Positions 27,731-35,906 of a stretch of 64,000 nt of DNA are shown piece after piece (positions within the stretch are counted from its first letter, which is position 1; each line of letters opens with the position of its first letter). Source of the stretch: an uncultured Candidatus Saccharimonas sp. (lineage in GTDB: Bacteria; Patescibacteriota; Saccharimonadia; Saccharimonadales; AWTP1-31); the NCBI GenBank assembly GCA_943354005.1, contig CALRBE010000006.1, positions 11,674-75,673 on the forward strand, given 5' to 3'. The notes below the pieces were generated by a model that saw only the letters and a program-made list of their open reading frames with translations, ran no database searches and had not been told where the DNA came from. The position numbers were made by a program, and so were the translations under genes.

Positions 27731-28774
27731 TCAAAATATAATTCCACCGCCTAAGACTATACCGTCTTGATATAGAACGGCAGATTGACCTGGAGTGAGC
27801 GCTCGAATTTCGTTTTCCAACTTTATTGTGTAACCTTCTGATGTTTTTTCAATTGTGCCTTGAATAAGTGGAGCACGATGCCTAGTTCTAACTAAAACAT
27901 TAGGGTTTGATGGCTCTTCGTTTATCCAATGTACGTTAGTCATTTTCAGTTTGTTGTGCCAGAGCTTTTTGTCATTTATGTCAGTAGTCACAAAGACCTG
28001 ATTTTTTTTCATATCTTTACCTATGACGTAATACGGAAGTCCACCACCTACATTAAGTCCATGACGCTGTCCAATTGTATAAAATATCGCTCCCTCATGC
28101 GTACCGACACTTGTACCGTGCTGGTCAATGACATCTCCTGGCTTAGTCGTTACATATTGTTCCAGAAATTCTTTAATTCCAACCTTACCAACAAAACAAA
28201 TACCCATACTCTCTTTCTTGGAGGCAGTAATTAGCTTGAACTTTTCTGCTAGCTTACGAACCTCTGGCTTCGTATAATCTCCAAGTGGGAAAAGTGTTTT
28301 TGCAAGCGCTGATTCTCGTATGCGATATAAGAAATACGTTTGATCCTTATTATCATCTTTTGCGATACGAAGCTGAGGTATTGGCGCATGAGAGACACTA
28401 GCGTAGTGACCAGTTGCTACATAATCTGCGCCATCTTCCAATGCAGTGTTTAAAAATAATTTAAACTTTATTTCCTGGTTACACATGATGTCTGGATTCG
28501 GAGTGCGTCCTTCTTTATATTCCTGAACCATGTAGTCAACAACTTTGTGTTTGTAGTCTGTTTCGAAGTCATACATTTTAAAAGGGATACCAAGTTGTAC
28601 TGCTACTCGTTTAGCATCTAAGTAATCTTCCTTCCATGGACATGGCATGCCCGGAAGATCTTGACTCCAATTTTTCATGTATACGCCGGTAACAGCATAG
28701 CCCTGCTCCTGTAAAAGAGCAGCGGTTACGGAGCTGTCTACGCCTCCACTAAGACCAACATATACTTTCTTCAT
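27731..28774 (-). CDS. mnmA: tRNA-specific 2-thiouridylase MnmA
   Basis: It has the PP-loop GLSGGVDSSV and the motifs TGHYA, DQTYFL and CFVG. Confidence 0.95.
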   Translation of the reverse strand: MKKVYVGLSGGVDSSVTAALLQEQGYAVTGVYMKNWSQDLPGMPCPWKEDYLDAKRVAVQLGIPFKMYDFETDYKHKVVDYMVQEYKEGRTPNPDIMCNQEIKFKLFLNTALEDGADYVATGHYASVSHAPIPQLRIAKDDNKDQTYFLYRIRESALAKTLFPLGDYTKPEVRKLAEKFKLITASKKESMGICFVGKVGIKEFLEQYVTTKPGDVIDQHGTSVGTHEGAIFYTIGQRHGLNVGGGLPYYVIGKDMKKNQVFVTTDINDKKLWHNKLKMTNVHWINEEPSNPNVLVRTRHRAPLIQGTIEKTSEGYTIKLENEIRALTPGQSAVLYQDGIVLGGGIIF

Positions 28775-28780
28775 ACTCCT

Positions 28781-28789
28781 ATTATAACA
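28781..28789 (-). promoter_or_regulatory. extended -10 (TGTTATAAT) 6 nt upstream of mnmA ATG; leaderless geometry
   Basis: The minus-sense sequence reads tacctcTGTTATAAT-aggagt-ATG(28774). The 15 nt TACCTCTGTTATAAT are identical to the alaS promoter. Confidence 0.5.
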
Positions 28790-28819
28790 GAGGTAGCCAG
28801 TTTTTTATATATTAGAATA

Positions 28820-29311
28820 CTATATTAGCTTTTTTGCAAGTTCAGACTGGTTAATCTGAAGTAGTTTTTGCAGGCTAAAGTCGAATGTTTTTGTAGTTGT
28901 CCTTACGATGCAACCCCCTGCGATATGTGGTTGGACGCCGACCGCAATAAGAGTATTTGGATGACCATTTTCACGGAACCAACGAACCAAAACCCTGAGT
29001 GCCTGTCTACTTGGTTCAGCGCCAAAACTTACCTGAACCACAGGAGCAGTACGACGGACAAAATCAAGTTGCTGTTTAAACCTATTGCGGTGATCTGGCA
29101 GTAGTAGATTTATATTTTGAGCATTAATGATCGATTGCAAAGCTGGACTAATTGCAGGCAGCTTTAAACCTGACTGAATGCCATGGAATTTAGCATTTAG
29201 AAACTCGTCGAGCATAAAAACCTCTCTAAGCATTTTACCTAGTTCAATGGGAGTCATAATAGAATCAATAAGCTGTACGCCTGGTTCAGATTTCACGCTT
29301 GATGTCCTCAA
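28820..29311 (-). CDS. hypothetical protein with ATP synthase delta/OSCP-like C-terminal pattern
   Basis: The C-terminal half reads VVQVSFGAEPSRQALRVLVRWFRENGHPNTLIAVGVQPHIAGGCIVRTTTKTFDFSLQKLL. This follows the delta-subunit pattern V.SA..L......L...L......V.L...VDP.LIGG..V..G....D.S....L. The start could be ATG 29257 instead. The assignment comes from pattern memory only. Confidence 0.5.
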   Translation of the reverse strand: MRTSSVKSEPGVQLIDSIMTPIELGKMLREVFMLDEFLNAKFHGIQSGLKLPAISPALQSIINAQNINLLLPDHRNRFKQQLDFVRRTAPVVQVSFGAEPSRQALRVLVRWFRENGHPNTLIAVGVQPHIAGGCIVRTTTKTFDFSLQKLLQINQSELAKKLI

Positions 29312-29894
29312 CTATTGCTTGTTTATTAGCTTCTAGATTAGCCAGTATGTATTTCATCTGCTGTCCGATATCCATGTGTGTACTCAGCGTTTGCTCAACG
29401 TGTTTTGTTACTATTTCAGCCATATTAGCGCTAAAGTCTTGTAATCGGCGCTCTTTTTCTGCTTGTAATTCCTTGAGGTACTGGGCCGATATTTCTTTCT
29501 GCTGCTGCTTTATAGCTGTATCGACCTGTAGGAAAGTCTGAGCTAAATGTTGCTGCGCTGTTGCTATAGCCTTCTTTTGTTCGCTAAATTCTTCTTTGAG
29601 GATATCACCAGCTCGTTCTTTAATGAATTCAGTTACTTCTTCACCTATACTATGCAAATCTTGCTGTAAAAAGGTCGCATTCTGATCTAGAGTGCGCTCG
29701 AATCGTGTTATGCCTCGCTCTCTTAGTTCATTGCGAAAATTATCGTCAAAGAGCTCACCATTGTTAGTGTGATTCGCTCCATTACGACGCCCTTTAGGGC
29801 CTAGACGAACAGCAACCCAAATAAAAGAAAGCAGTGTTGCAAGTATACTGCTAATTGCTACTAAGAAAAGTGCAAGTTCTGTATTTATCTCCAC
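29286..29894 (-). CDS. N-terminally anchored long coiled-coil protein (ATP synthase b-subunit-like architecture)
   Basis: It has a GTG start with a GAAGGA SD and TGCTATACT upstream. One TM (LALFLVAISSILATLLSFIWVAV) is followed by about 160 aa of charged helical sequence. Confidence 0.45.
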   Translation of the reverse strand: MEINTELALFLVAISSILATLLSFIWVAVRLGPKGRRNGANHTNNGELFDDNFRNELRERGITRFERTLDQNATFLQQDLHSIGEEVTEFIKERAGDILKEEFSEQKKAIATAQQHLAQTFLQVDTAIKQQQKEISAQYLKELQAEKERRLQDFSANMAEIVTKHVEQTLSTHMDIGQQMKYILANLEANKQAIVEDIKREI

Positions 29895-29956
29895 CCAAGT
29901 ATCCTTCTAAGCTTATGCTTTTTAGTATAGCAGAAAGGACGCGGTACTTGCGTACT

Positions 29957-31105
29957 TTATAGGTTTGTTGAGACACATTCGCGCAATGCAAGAACTGTTG
30001 TCTCGATGTCTTCTTTTGTAGTTTCTAGTCCCATAGTGAATCTAAGGCTAGACTGTGCGTCTGAATCGGTCATACCGAGTGCCTTGAGCACGTGAGAAGG
30101 CTCATCATTACTAGCACTACAGGCTGAACCTACAGCACACTCAATACCGCTTTCATCAAGCTCCATCATGATACGTTCGTTATCGATTCCTGGAATAGTG
30201 ATATGGATATTATTCGGCAATCTATAATCAGCTGAACCGTTTAAACTAGCCTGGGGTACATGCTGGGAGAGCAGATTAATAAATATCTTTTGCAGGTCAG
30301 TTAGTTTCTTGTAACTAGATTCATGTCGCTTAACTGCCTTTCGTAACGCAACCGAGAATCCTATAATACTTGGCACATTTTCAGTGCCACTTCGCAGATT
30401 GCGCTCCTGGCCACCCCCCTGTATTAAAGAATCGAGCACTATGCCTGTCTTTACATAAAGTAGCCCACTCTGCTTGGGCCCGTATATTTTACCGCCATTG
30501 AATGTCATTAGATCTACGCCAAGACGAGCTGGATGGACATCAAGATAAAGCACAGCCTGGCAGATATCACTATGAAGATACAGTGGTAATTCGTTACCTG
30601 CTTTAATGCGCGCTTCACGAATTTTCTTGATGATATTGGCTACTTTTTTGATTGGTGCAATTGTACCGATCTCATTATTTGCAAGCATTATACTTACAAG
30701 TACTGTATTGTCTGTAATACTTTTTTTAAGATTTTCGAGGTCGGTACGGCCATCTGAATGTACCGCTACAAGCGAATGGTCATAAGCTTTTGCAGGTTCA
30801 ATAATAGATGAATGCTCTGTTGCCCCTAGAACCATATGCTTTCCTGGGTAGTGTCGCATTACGCCATGTAAGGCTAAATTATTAGCCTCACTGCCTCCGG
30901 CTGTAAATATAATTTCAGAAGTACGAACTCCTAAGGATTGAGCAATTTCATGACGGGCAGATTGTACGTCCTTGGCTACAGAGCGTGCTCGTAAATATGT
31001 GGCGCTTGGATTAAAAAATGTATCGCTGAAATACGGTTGCATAGCAGACAAGACCTTTGAATCAATCGGTGTTGCAGCTGCATAATCGAGATATATGTGT
31101 TTCAT
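29957..31105 (-). CDS. cysteine desulfurase (class V aminotransferase, NifS/IscS/YrvO-like)
   Basis: It starts IYLDYAAATP, and has FTAGGSEANN and a PLP region LHSDICQA..FNGGKIYGPKQSG. The catalytic loop is GSACSAS. Confidence 0.9.
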   Translation of the reverse strand: MKHIYLDYAAATPIDSKVLSAMQPYFSDTFFNPSATYLRARSVAKDVQSARHEIAQSLGVRTSEIIFTAGGSEANNLALHGVMRHYPGKHMVLGATEHSSIIEPAKAYDHSLVAVHSDGRTDLENLKKSITDNTVLVSIMLANNEIGTIAPIKKVANIIKKIREARIKAGNELPLYLHSDICQAVLYLDVHPARLGVDLMTFNGGKIYGPKQSGLLYVKTGIVLDSLIQGGGQERNLRSGTENVPSIIGFSVALRKAVKRHESSYKKLTDLQKIFINLLSQHVPQASLNGSADYRLPNNIHITIPGIDNERIMMELDESGIECAVGSACSASNDEPSHVLKALGMTDSDAQSSLRFTMGLETTKEDIETTVLALRECVSTNL

Positions 31106-31127
31106 AATAAGTTTAGAGCTACTAAAT

Positions 31128-31496
31128 CTAGACGAAACTATACATTTCAGTCTTTGTTCGTTGCTGATAAAGCTGAACAGCTAGTCTTAGGTGAATAGCC
31201 TCTTCTTCACTTATCTCCTGGTAGTGTCCGCCGTCTTGAGTTTTCAGGATTGAGTTTGGACGTACTGTATAGCGGGTTGTTCGATTGCGGTGCTGGCCTT
31301 GAGTATCAGTCCATTCTTCGTGCCAAACCCAAGTCCTTTCGTCTAGGCAGAAAAAGTCTCTTCGCCCACCTTCTGGGATTGGACCAAAGAGCGCTCCACC
31401 AATTTGTGCTTCATGACGAATAAGATTACGCTGCAGCTCAGCTCTTCGCTCTTCTTCGGAGCTTCCCACGATTGAGTTGATAATTTTTCTAAACAT
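31128..31496 (-). CDS. hypothetical protein (122 aa)
   Basis: I trimmed the track entry 31128..31598 to ATG 31496, 4 nt after the upstream stop. The Trp/Arg-rich core reads FFCLDERTWVWHEEWTD. I recognise no family. Confidence 0.55.
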   Translation of the reverse strand: MFRKIINSIVGSSEEERRAELQRNLIRHEAQIGGALFGPIPEGGRRDFFCLDERTWVWHEEWTDTQGQHRNRTTRYTVRPNSILKTQDGGHYQEISEEEAIHLRLAVQLYQQRTKTEMYSFV

Positions 31497-31500
31497 AATA

Positions 31501-31860
31501 TTATGCCTTGAATGAAAAGTTCGTATTTGTCTCTGGGTTATTATAGGCAGCTGCAACGGCTGCAAGTGCTGCGTCCATTTGTAGATCTTCAGATGCATCT
31601 ACGGGTAAGGTCGCCTCAGTGGCCATAGTATTAGATTGTTCTAAACCATCTGTATCATCTTCTACTTTGGCGGCTGGATATGCTGCATCCATTGGTATTT
31701 CTTTAGATGAATACTTCGCTAAATGTTGTTCTGTTGCACCTAGTACGAATCCGACAGCTCGGCCAATTGTTTCTACTCGATCTTTTGCTGCATAGGCAGC
31801 GCCACCCCTTATTTCAGGGGACTGTCCGGCTTTTTCTGGTGATTGATATGGATTATTCAT
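31501..31860 (-). CDS. hypothetical acidic, Ala-rich protein (119 aa)
   Basis: The ORF is tightly packed between tatD and the next gene. Its composition is low in complexity. Confidence 0.45.
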   Translation of the reverse strand: MNNPYQSPEKAGQSPEIRGGAAYAAKDRVETIGRAVGFVLGATEQHLAKYSSKEIPMDAAYPAAKVEDDTDGLEQSNTMATEATLPVDASEDLQMDAALAAVAAAYNNPETNTNFSFKA

Positions 31861-31867
31861 AATTTGT

Positions 31868-32635
31868 TTAACTTAGATTAAATAGGGCCTGTGCGTTCTG
31901 GGTAGTCGCTCGTGCGAAGTCTTCTAATGATTCTTGTCGAAGACCGCTTATAAACTCCGCCGTAGTAACTACATGCTTAGGCTGACAGATTGTACCACGA
32001 TAAGGGGTCGGAGTCAAGTATGGAGCGTCTGTTTCAACCACTATATTTGCGAGCGGTATATCCCTTACAGCGTCAAGTTGTTCTTGGTTTTTAGTGAATG
32101 TCATAATGCCGTTTAGGCCAACGTATAGTCCTCTCTCAATAATTGACTGTACTTCCTTTTTTCCAGCAGAAAAGCTATGAATTACACCAGGAACCTTAAA
32201 CTCGTCGTATATCGGCCAGAAGTCTTCAAATGCGTCGCGTACATGAAATATGACTGGTAATGAGTGTTCCTGAGCTAAAGATAGCTGGAAGCGTAGTAAT
32301 TCCTTTTGGGATTCTTTAGAAGAATGTTCGTAATAGTAGTCTAAGCCAATTTCACCAATTGCAATTACCTTTGGTTTTGTAGCATAGTCGCGAAGCTCCT
32401 GAAGAGCCTTCTCGTTATTTACATATGAGTCCGCTTCATGTGGATGAAGTCCAACTGCTGCCCAAATATGATCATGCCTCTTGGCAAATTCAATGCCTAA
32501 CTTACTATCTTGAATCGTGCAGCCAACACAAATCATATCTGTTACCCCGGCGATTTGGGCTTCTTTTATTACATCTTCAGGATTAATTTCATAATCTGCA
32601 AAGTGTATATGACAGTGTGTATCAATGAGCTGCAT
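31868..32635 (-). CDS. tatD: TatD family metal-dependent hydrolase/DNase
   Basis: It has the motifs LIDTHCHIHF, GLHPH, GEIGLDY, HVRDA, HSFSG and ETDAPYL. I trimmed the start to ATG 32635, 1 nt after the metG stop. Confidence 0.9.
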   Translation of the reverse strand: MQLIDTHCHIHFADYEINPEDVIKEAQIAGVTDMICVGCTIQDSKLGIEFAKRHDHIWAAVGLHPHEADSYVNNEKALQELRDYATKPKVIAIGEIGLDYYYEHSSKESQKELLRFQLSLAQEHSLPVIFHVRDAFEDFWPIYDEFKVPGVIHSFSAGKKEVQSIIERGLYVGLNGIMTFTKNQEQLDAVRDIPLANIVVETDAPYLTPTPYRGTICQPKHVVTTAEFISGLRQESLEDFARATTQNAQALFNLS

Positions 32636-32636
32636 A

Positions 32637-34091
32637 CTATTTCTTAGCAGTTTTTTTATCTGTTTCATGCTTTGGGAAAAGAGTACCCTCTATTGGACGG
32701 ATGACACCTTCTTCAAATGTATGTTTAATTTTTGCAGCAGTTTCAGGCATAAATGGATCAAGTAAGTCAGCGATCTGTAATAGACAGCTTGTTTGGTAGG
32801 CTAATACATCCTGTAGGTGTTCTTTATCCCCGCTCTTTGCTACCGCCCATGGCTTCTCCTGTTCGATATATTGGTTGAGTCCACGTACTTGGTCCCAAAC
32901 TTGGTCAAGTGCTCGATCAAATTTACATGCTTCTAGGCTTGTCCAGTACTCGGCGTTGTCGTGATTAGCCGGAGGGATATCTCCAACGATACCTGCCTGG
33001 TATTGATTAATCATGGCAGCTGTTCTCTGAACTGCGTTACCAAGTTCATTTGCTAGTTCAGTATTGTAGGCGTTTTCAATACGATCCCATGAGAAGTCTC
33101 CATCGTCATAACTTGGAATATGTCGTAAGACGTAATACCTAAACACATCACTGTTATACTTTGAAATAATCTCTTGCGGACTAACCACGTTACCAAGGCT
33201 TTTGCTCATTTTTTGGTTGTCCATATTAATAAATCCGTGTACGAATAGTTTTTCTGGAAGTGGAAGACCAAGACCGAGGAGCATGCCAGGCCAATTTGCG
33301 GCATGAAAACGAAGGATATCTTTTCCTATCACCTGTACATTTGCTGGCCAGAATTTTTTAAAATCGTCGTGTTCAGGGTATCCAAGAACTGTAATATAAT
33401 TCATGAGAGCTTCAGTCCAGACATACATGACCTGCTCTGTATCTCCAGGCACAGGCAAACCCCAAGATATTTTTGAAGATGGCCTCGAGATACTTATGTC
33501 CTCTAACCCATCAAGAATGACTGACAGAATCTCATTACGTCTTGTGCTAGGAATGACTTCGAAAGTGCCTGACTGAATTGCTGCACGAATTTGGTCGCTA
33601 TATTTACTAAGTTTAAAGAAATAGTTCTCTTCCTCAATTCGTTCATACTCTTTTTTGTGATGTGGACAGACATTCTTATTGGATTTTGCTACATTCTCAG
33701 CTACAAAAGCTTCGCAACCAGAACAATAGAGTCCAATGTACTTACTTTTGTAGATATCTTTTTCGAGTTGCTTCCAAATTATTTGAGCTCGCTGTTCGTG
33801 ACCCTTGTCTGTAGTACGAGTAAAGCGATCAATACTTATATTAAGTAGCTTCGCAAGATCTCGAAACTTTTGGCTCTGTAAATCAGCAAGTGCTTTTGGA
33901 GTCAGCTTAAGTTCGACAGCCTTGTCTGCTATTTTAGAACCGTGTTCGTCAGTACCACTGCTAAAAATAACGGGCTTACCTTGTTTACGAGCAACTCGGG
34001 CTAGTACATCGGCCATTACAAACTCTAGTGCATGTCCAATATGCGGATCACCGTTGACGTATGGTATAGAGGTTGTAACAAAATAATTCAT
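32637..34091 (-). CDS. metG: methionine--tRNA ligase (short, class I)
   Basis: It has the HIGH motif PYVNGDPHIGH, the KMSKS motif KMSKSLGN, and a zinc knuckle remnant YCSGCEAF..CPHH. Confidence 0.95.
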   Translation of the reverse strand: MNYFVTTSIPYVNGDPHIGHALEFVMADVLARVARKQGKPVIFSSGTDEHGSKIADKAVELKLTPKALADLQSQKFRDLAKLLNISIDRFTRTTDKGHEQRAQIIWKQLEKDIYKSKYIGLYCSGCEAFVAENVAKSNKNVCPHHKKEYERIEEENYFFKLSKYSDQIRAAIQSGTFEVIPSTRRNEILSVILDGLEDISISRPSSKISWGLPVPGDTEQVMYVWTEALMNYITVLGYPEHDDFKKFWPANVQVIGKDILRFHAANWPGMLLGLGLPLPEKLFVHGFINMDNQKMSKSLGNVVSPQEIISKYNSDVFRYYVLRHIPSYDDGDFSWDRIENAYNTELANELGNAVQRTAAMINQYQAGIVGDIPPANHDNAEYWTSLEACKFDRALDQVWDQVRGLNQYIEQEKPWAVAKSGDKEHLQDVLAYQTSCLLQIADLLDPFMPETAAKIKHTFEEGVIRPIEGTLFPKHETDKKTAKK

Positions 34092-34098
34092 ATCGTTT

Positions 34099-34104
34099 AT
34101 TGTA
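34099..34104 (-). promoter_or_regulatory. -10 box (TACAAT) 7 nt upstream of metG ATG; leaderless geometry
   Basis: The minus-sense sequence reads TACAAT-aaacgat-ATG(34091). No SD and no T-box-sized leader are present. Confidence 0.45.
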
Positions 34105-34152
34105 CCTGTTTTTTAGGGTTTATTCTAATTTTTACCGAAGTAAAATCATATT

Positions 34153-34314
34153 CTAGTTACTACTAGCTAAATGCCAGAGACTGCAATATGTACACCTATA
34201 GCTCTTAAGTTTGGCATTATGCTGAAGCTCAGCTACTAGCCCTGCAACGTCTGCTTGTTTCTTAGTGTCAAAGGCTAACTTATCCTGGCAAGGTGTCTTA
34301 GGTGTGCTATCCAT
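34153..34314 (-). CDS. unannotated 53-aa zinc-ribbon-like protein (MDSTPKTPCQDKLAFDTKKQADVAGLVAELQHNAKLKSYRCTYCSLWHLASSN)
   Basis: By my own translation it runs from ATG 34314 to TAG 34155-34153. It starts 43 nt downstream of the PafA-like gene on the same strand. The pattern C..K.AF.T...A....(n)..YxCxxCxxWHL[TS] recalls small Cys4-type proteins seen in actinobacteria and their phages. It is below the ORF-track length cut-off. Confidence 0.5.
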   Translation of the reverse strand: MDSTPKTPCQDKLAFDTKKQADVAGLVAELQHNAKLKSYRCTYCSLWHLASSN

Positions 34315-34357
34315 AGTAATTAGCATACGGTGAACGACTCTTGAAGGTCAATTGCTG

Positions 34358-35869
34358 CTAGCTACCTAGTTTTTTAATATAAGATATGGCTTCTATATCT
34401 TCCTGGCCAAGATCAGGTAAATTTACATTATTCAGCTCAATCATTGCAGGTGAACTATCGCCAACAAATACCTTATGCCAGTAGCAATGTTTTGCGAAGT
34501 AATTTTTTAAAAGGTAGGCCCGAGCGTGTGCTCTTGTTTGAGTAGGAGCTTTGTTATAGGCGGTCTGTATTGCTGATTCACTAACCGTGTATTTAAAAGC
34601 GCCTTTTTCACGTAAACGGTACCCGCTTCCACGGCGTACTTGTTCTTTATCATCATCGGGGGATCGTGTGATTCTAACTATGTCATAATTCATATCTGCA
34701 GCCTGCGATGCATAATCTCCTAGCTCTCGTTTAATTCCGAAGCTTCTGTCTCTCTCAATACCGTGTTGAATTACACTTAGTTTTGCTGCCCAATCTGCGC
34801 GATCTGCAAGAATACTAAAATGCTCATCATTCTTATCTACCTTGCGAAGATCTACACAAAAATTCAGCAGTTCCTTTGCGATCGTGTGGTAGCTAATAGG
34901 TAAGTCGGCATACAATTGCAGCTTATCCATAGTAAGGGTAGCTAGTTGCTCCATGAATTCTAGACCCTGTAATTGTGGTTTTGAAAGTAGAATTTCATCT
35001 GAACCTTGTAGGGTTGCCATATTAAGTTCATTTGCTTCTGTTAAAACAGCTTCCTCACTTTTAGTATATTTAAATGACTGTTCTAGTTTTTTGCCAAGAG
35101 GTGTTTGGTAAAGGGCTAATAATAGAGCAACACTGCCTACTCGCATGACAGTTGCCCAATCGGATATATTCTGGTCACTACAACGAATCTCTAATCGACT
35201 ACCGTGTTCTTTATCAGTGCGGTACATAGAACCTGAGTACCCATAGCTATTGACTGAACTAAGACCACCAATTTTTTGAGCATACTCGTAACCGTTTTCA
35301 GTTACAAGGCCTGCACCCATTACTAAAGATCGAGCAGATAGTAAATAGACCAGCGACTGGGGCATCTTTATTCTGTCAATAAACTCTTCTTCGATAGAAT
35401 AGTTATCATGGCAACCTTTTCGATTTCCAAATGCATCTACTACTCGCCGATGCATCCTAATATCTACTTCATTTTTATAATAGTCTGCTTGTTTAAATGC
35501 ATAGTTCTTTAATACTTCTTCAATCAGTACCTCACTACCGCGACTATATTCTGCTAGTTGCCACGGCGATATAGTTTCTGGAGTAGCACGCTCGAGATTT
35601 GTATTATCTTTTGGTACACCGTTAGTGCCTCCAGGATATATACGAGATCCGTTTAATAAGTATTCGTCTTGGCCCTGACCTTTTAATGATCCTGGTAAAT
35701 ACGCACTAAGGCTATCGCACAAGTCGTACGGTTCATCGTATAGCCCGTCGAGCCCTACAAGCAGGCCGGTTTCTTCTTCGGTTCCAATCGCTCTTGGGAA
35801 TGGATAGGTATTTGGCAATGATTCCTGCATTTTTTCAATATAGAACTCTACTGCACCATATGCAAGCAT
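34358..35869 (-). CDS. Pup-ligase/deamidase family protein (PafA/Dop/PafA2-like, glutamine-synthetase fold)
   Basis: 503 aa. Several blocks line up with my recollection of M. tuberculosis PafA. The N-terminal block is RAIGTEEETG (cf RIMGIETEFG). The others are NGSRIY, GNRKGCHDNYSI (cf GNSYGCHENYLI), SLVMGAGLV (cf QLICGAGKV), RLEIRCSDQNISD..MRVGSVALLLALYQ (cf RLHVIVGDSNMSE..LKVGTAALVLEMIE), DMNYDI (cf DLAYHDI) and PTQTRAHARAYLL (cf PQTTRARLRGEFI). Confidence 0.75.
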   Translation of the reverse strand: MLAYGAVEFYIEKMQESLPNTYPFPRAIGTEEETGLLVGLDGLYDEPYDLCDSLSAYLPGSLKGQGQDEYLLNGSRIYPGGTNGVPKDNTNLERATPETISPWQLAEYSRGSEVLIEEVLKNYAFKQADYYKNEVDIRMHRRVVDAFGNRKGCHDNYSIEEEFIDRIKMPQSLVYLLSARSLVMGAGLVTENGYEYAQKIGGLSSVNSYGYSGSMYRTDKEHGSRLEIRCSDQNISDWATVMRVGSVALLLALYQTPLGKKLEQSFKYTKSEEAVLTEANELNMATLQGSDEILLSKPQLQGLEFMEQLATLTMDKLQLYADLPISYHTIAKELLNFCVDLRKVDKNDEHFSILADRADWAAKLSVIQHGIERDRSFGIKRELGDYASQAADMNYDIVRITRSPDDDKEQVRRGSGYRLREKGAFKYTVSESAIQTAYNKAPTQTRAHARAYLLKNYFAKHCYWHKVFVGDSSPAMIELNNVNLPDLGQEDIEAISYIKKLGS

Positions 35870-35906
35870 AAGCTAACATGTTTTCTGACTTTACTACTTA
35901 ATCTTG

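Noticed and set aside
31497-31598. 5-prime extension of ORF 31128..31598 overlapping gene 31501..31860.
   Set aside because: ATG 31496 lies 4 nt after the upstream stop and removes a 98-nt overlap.
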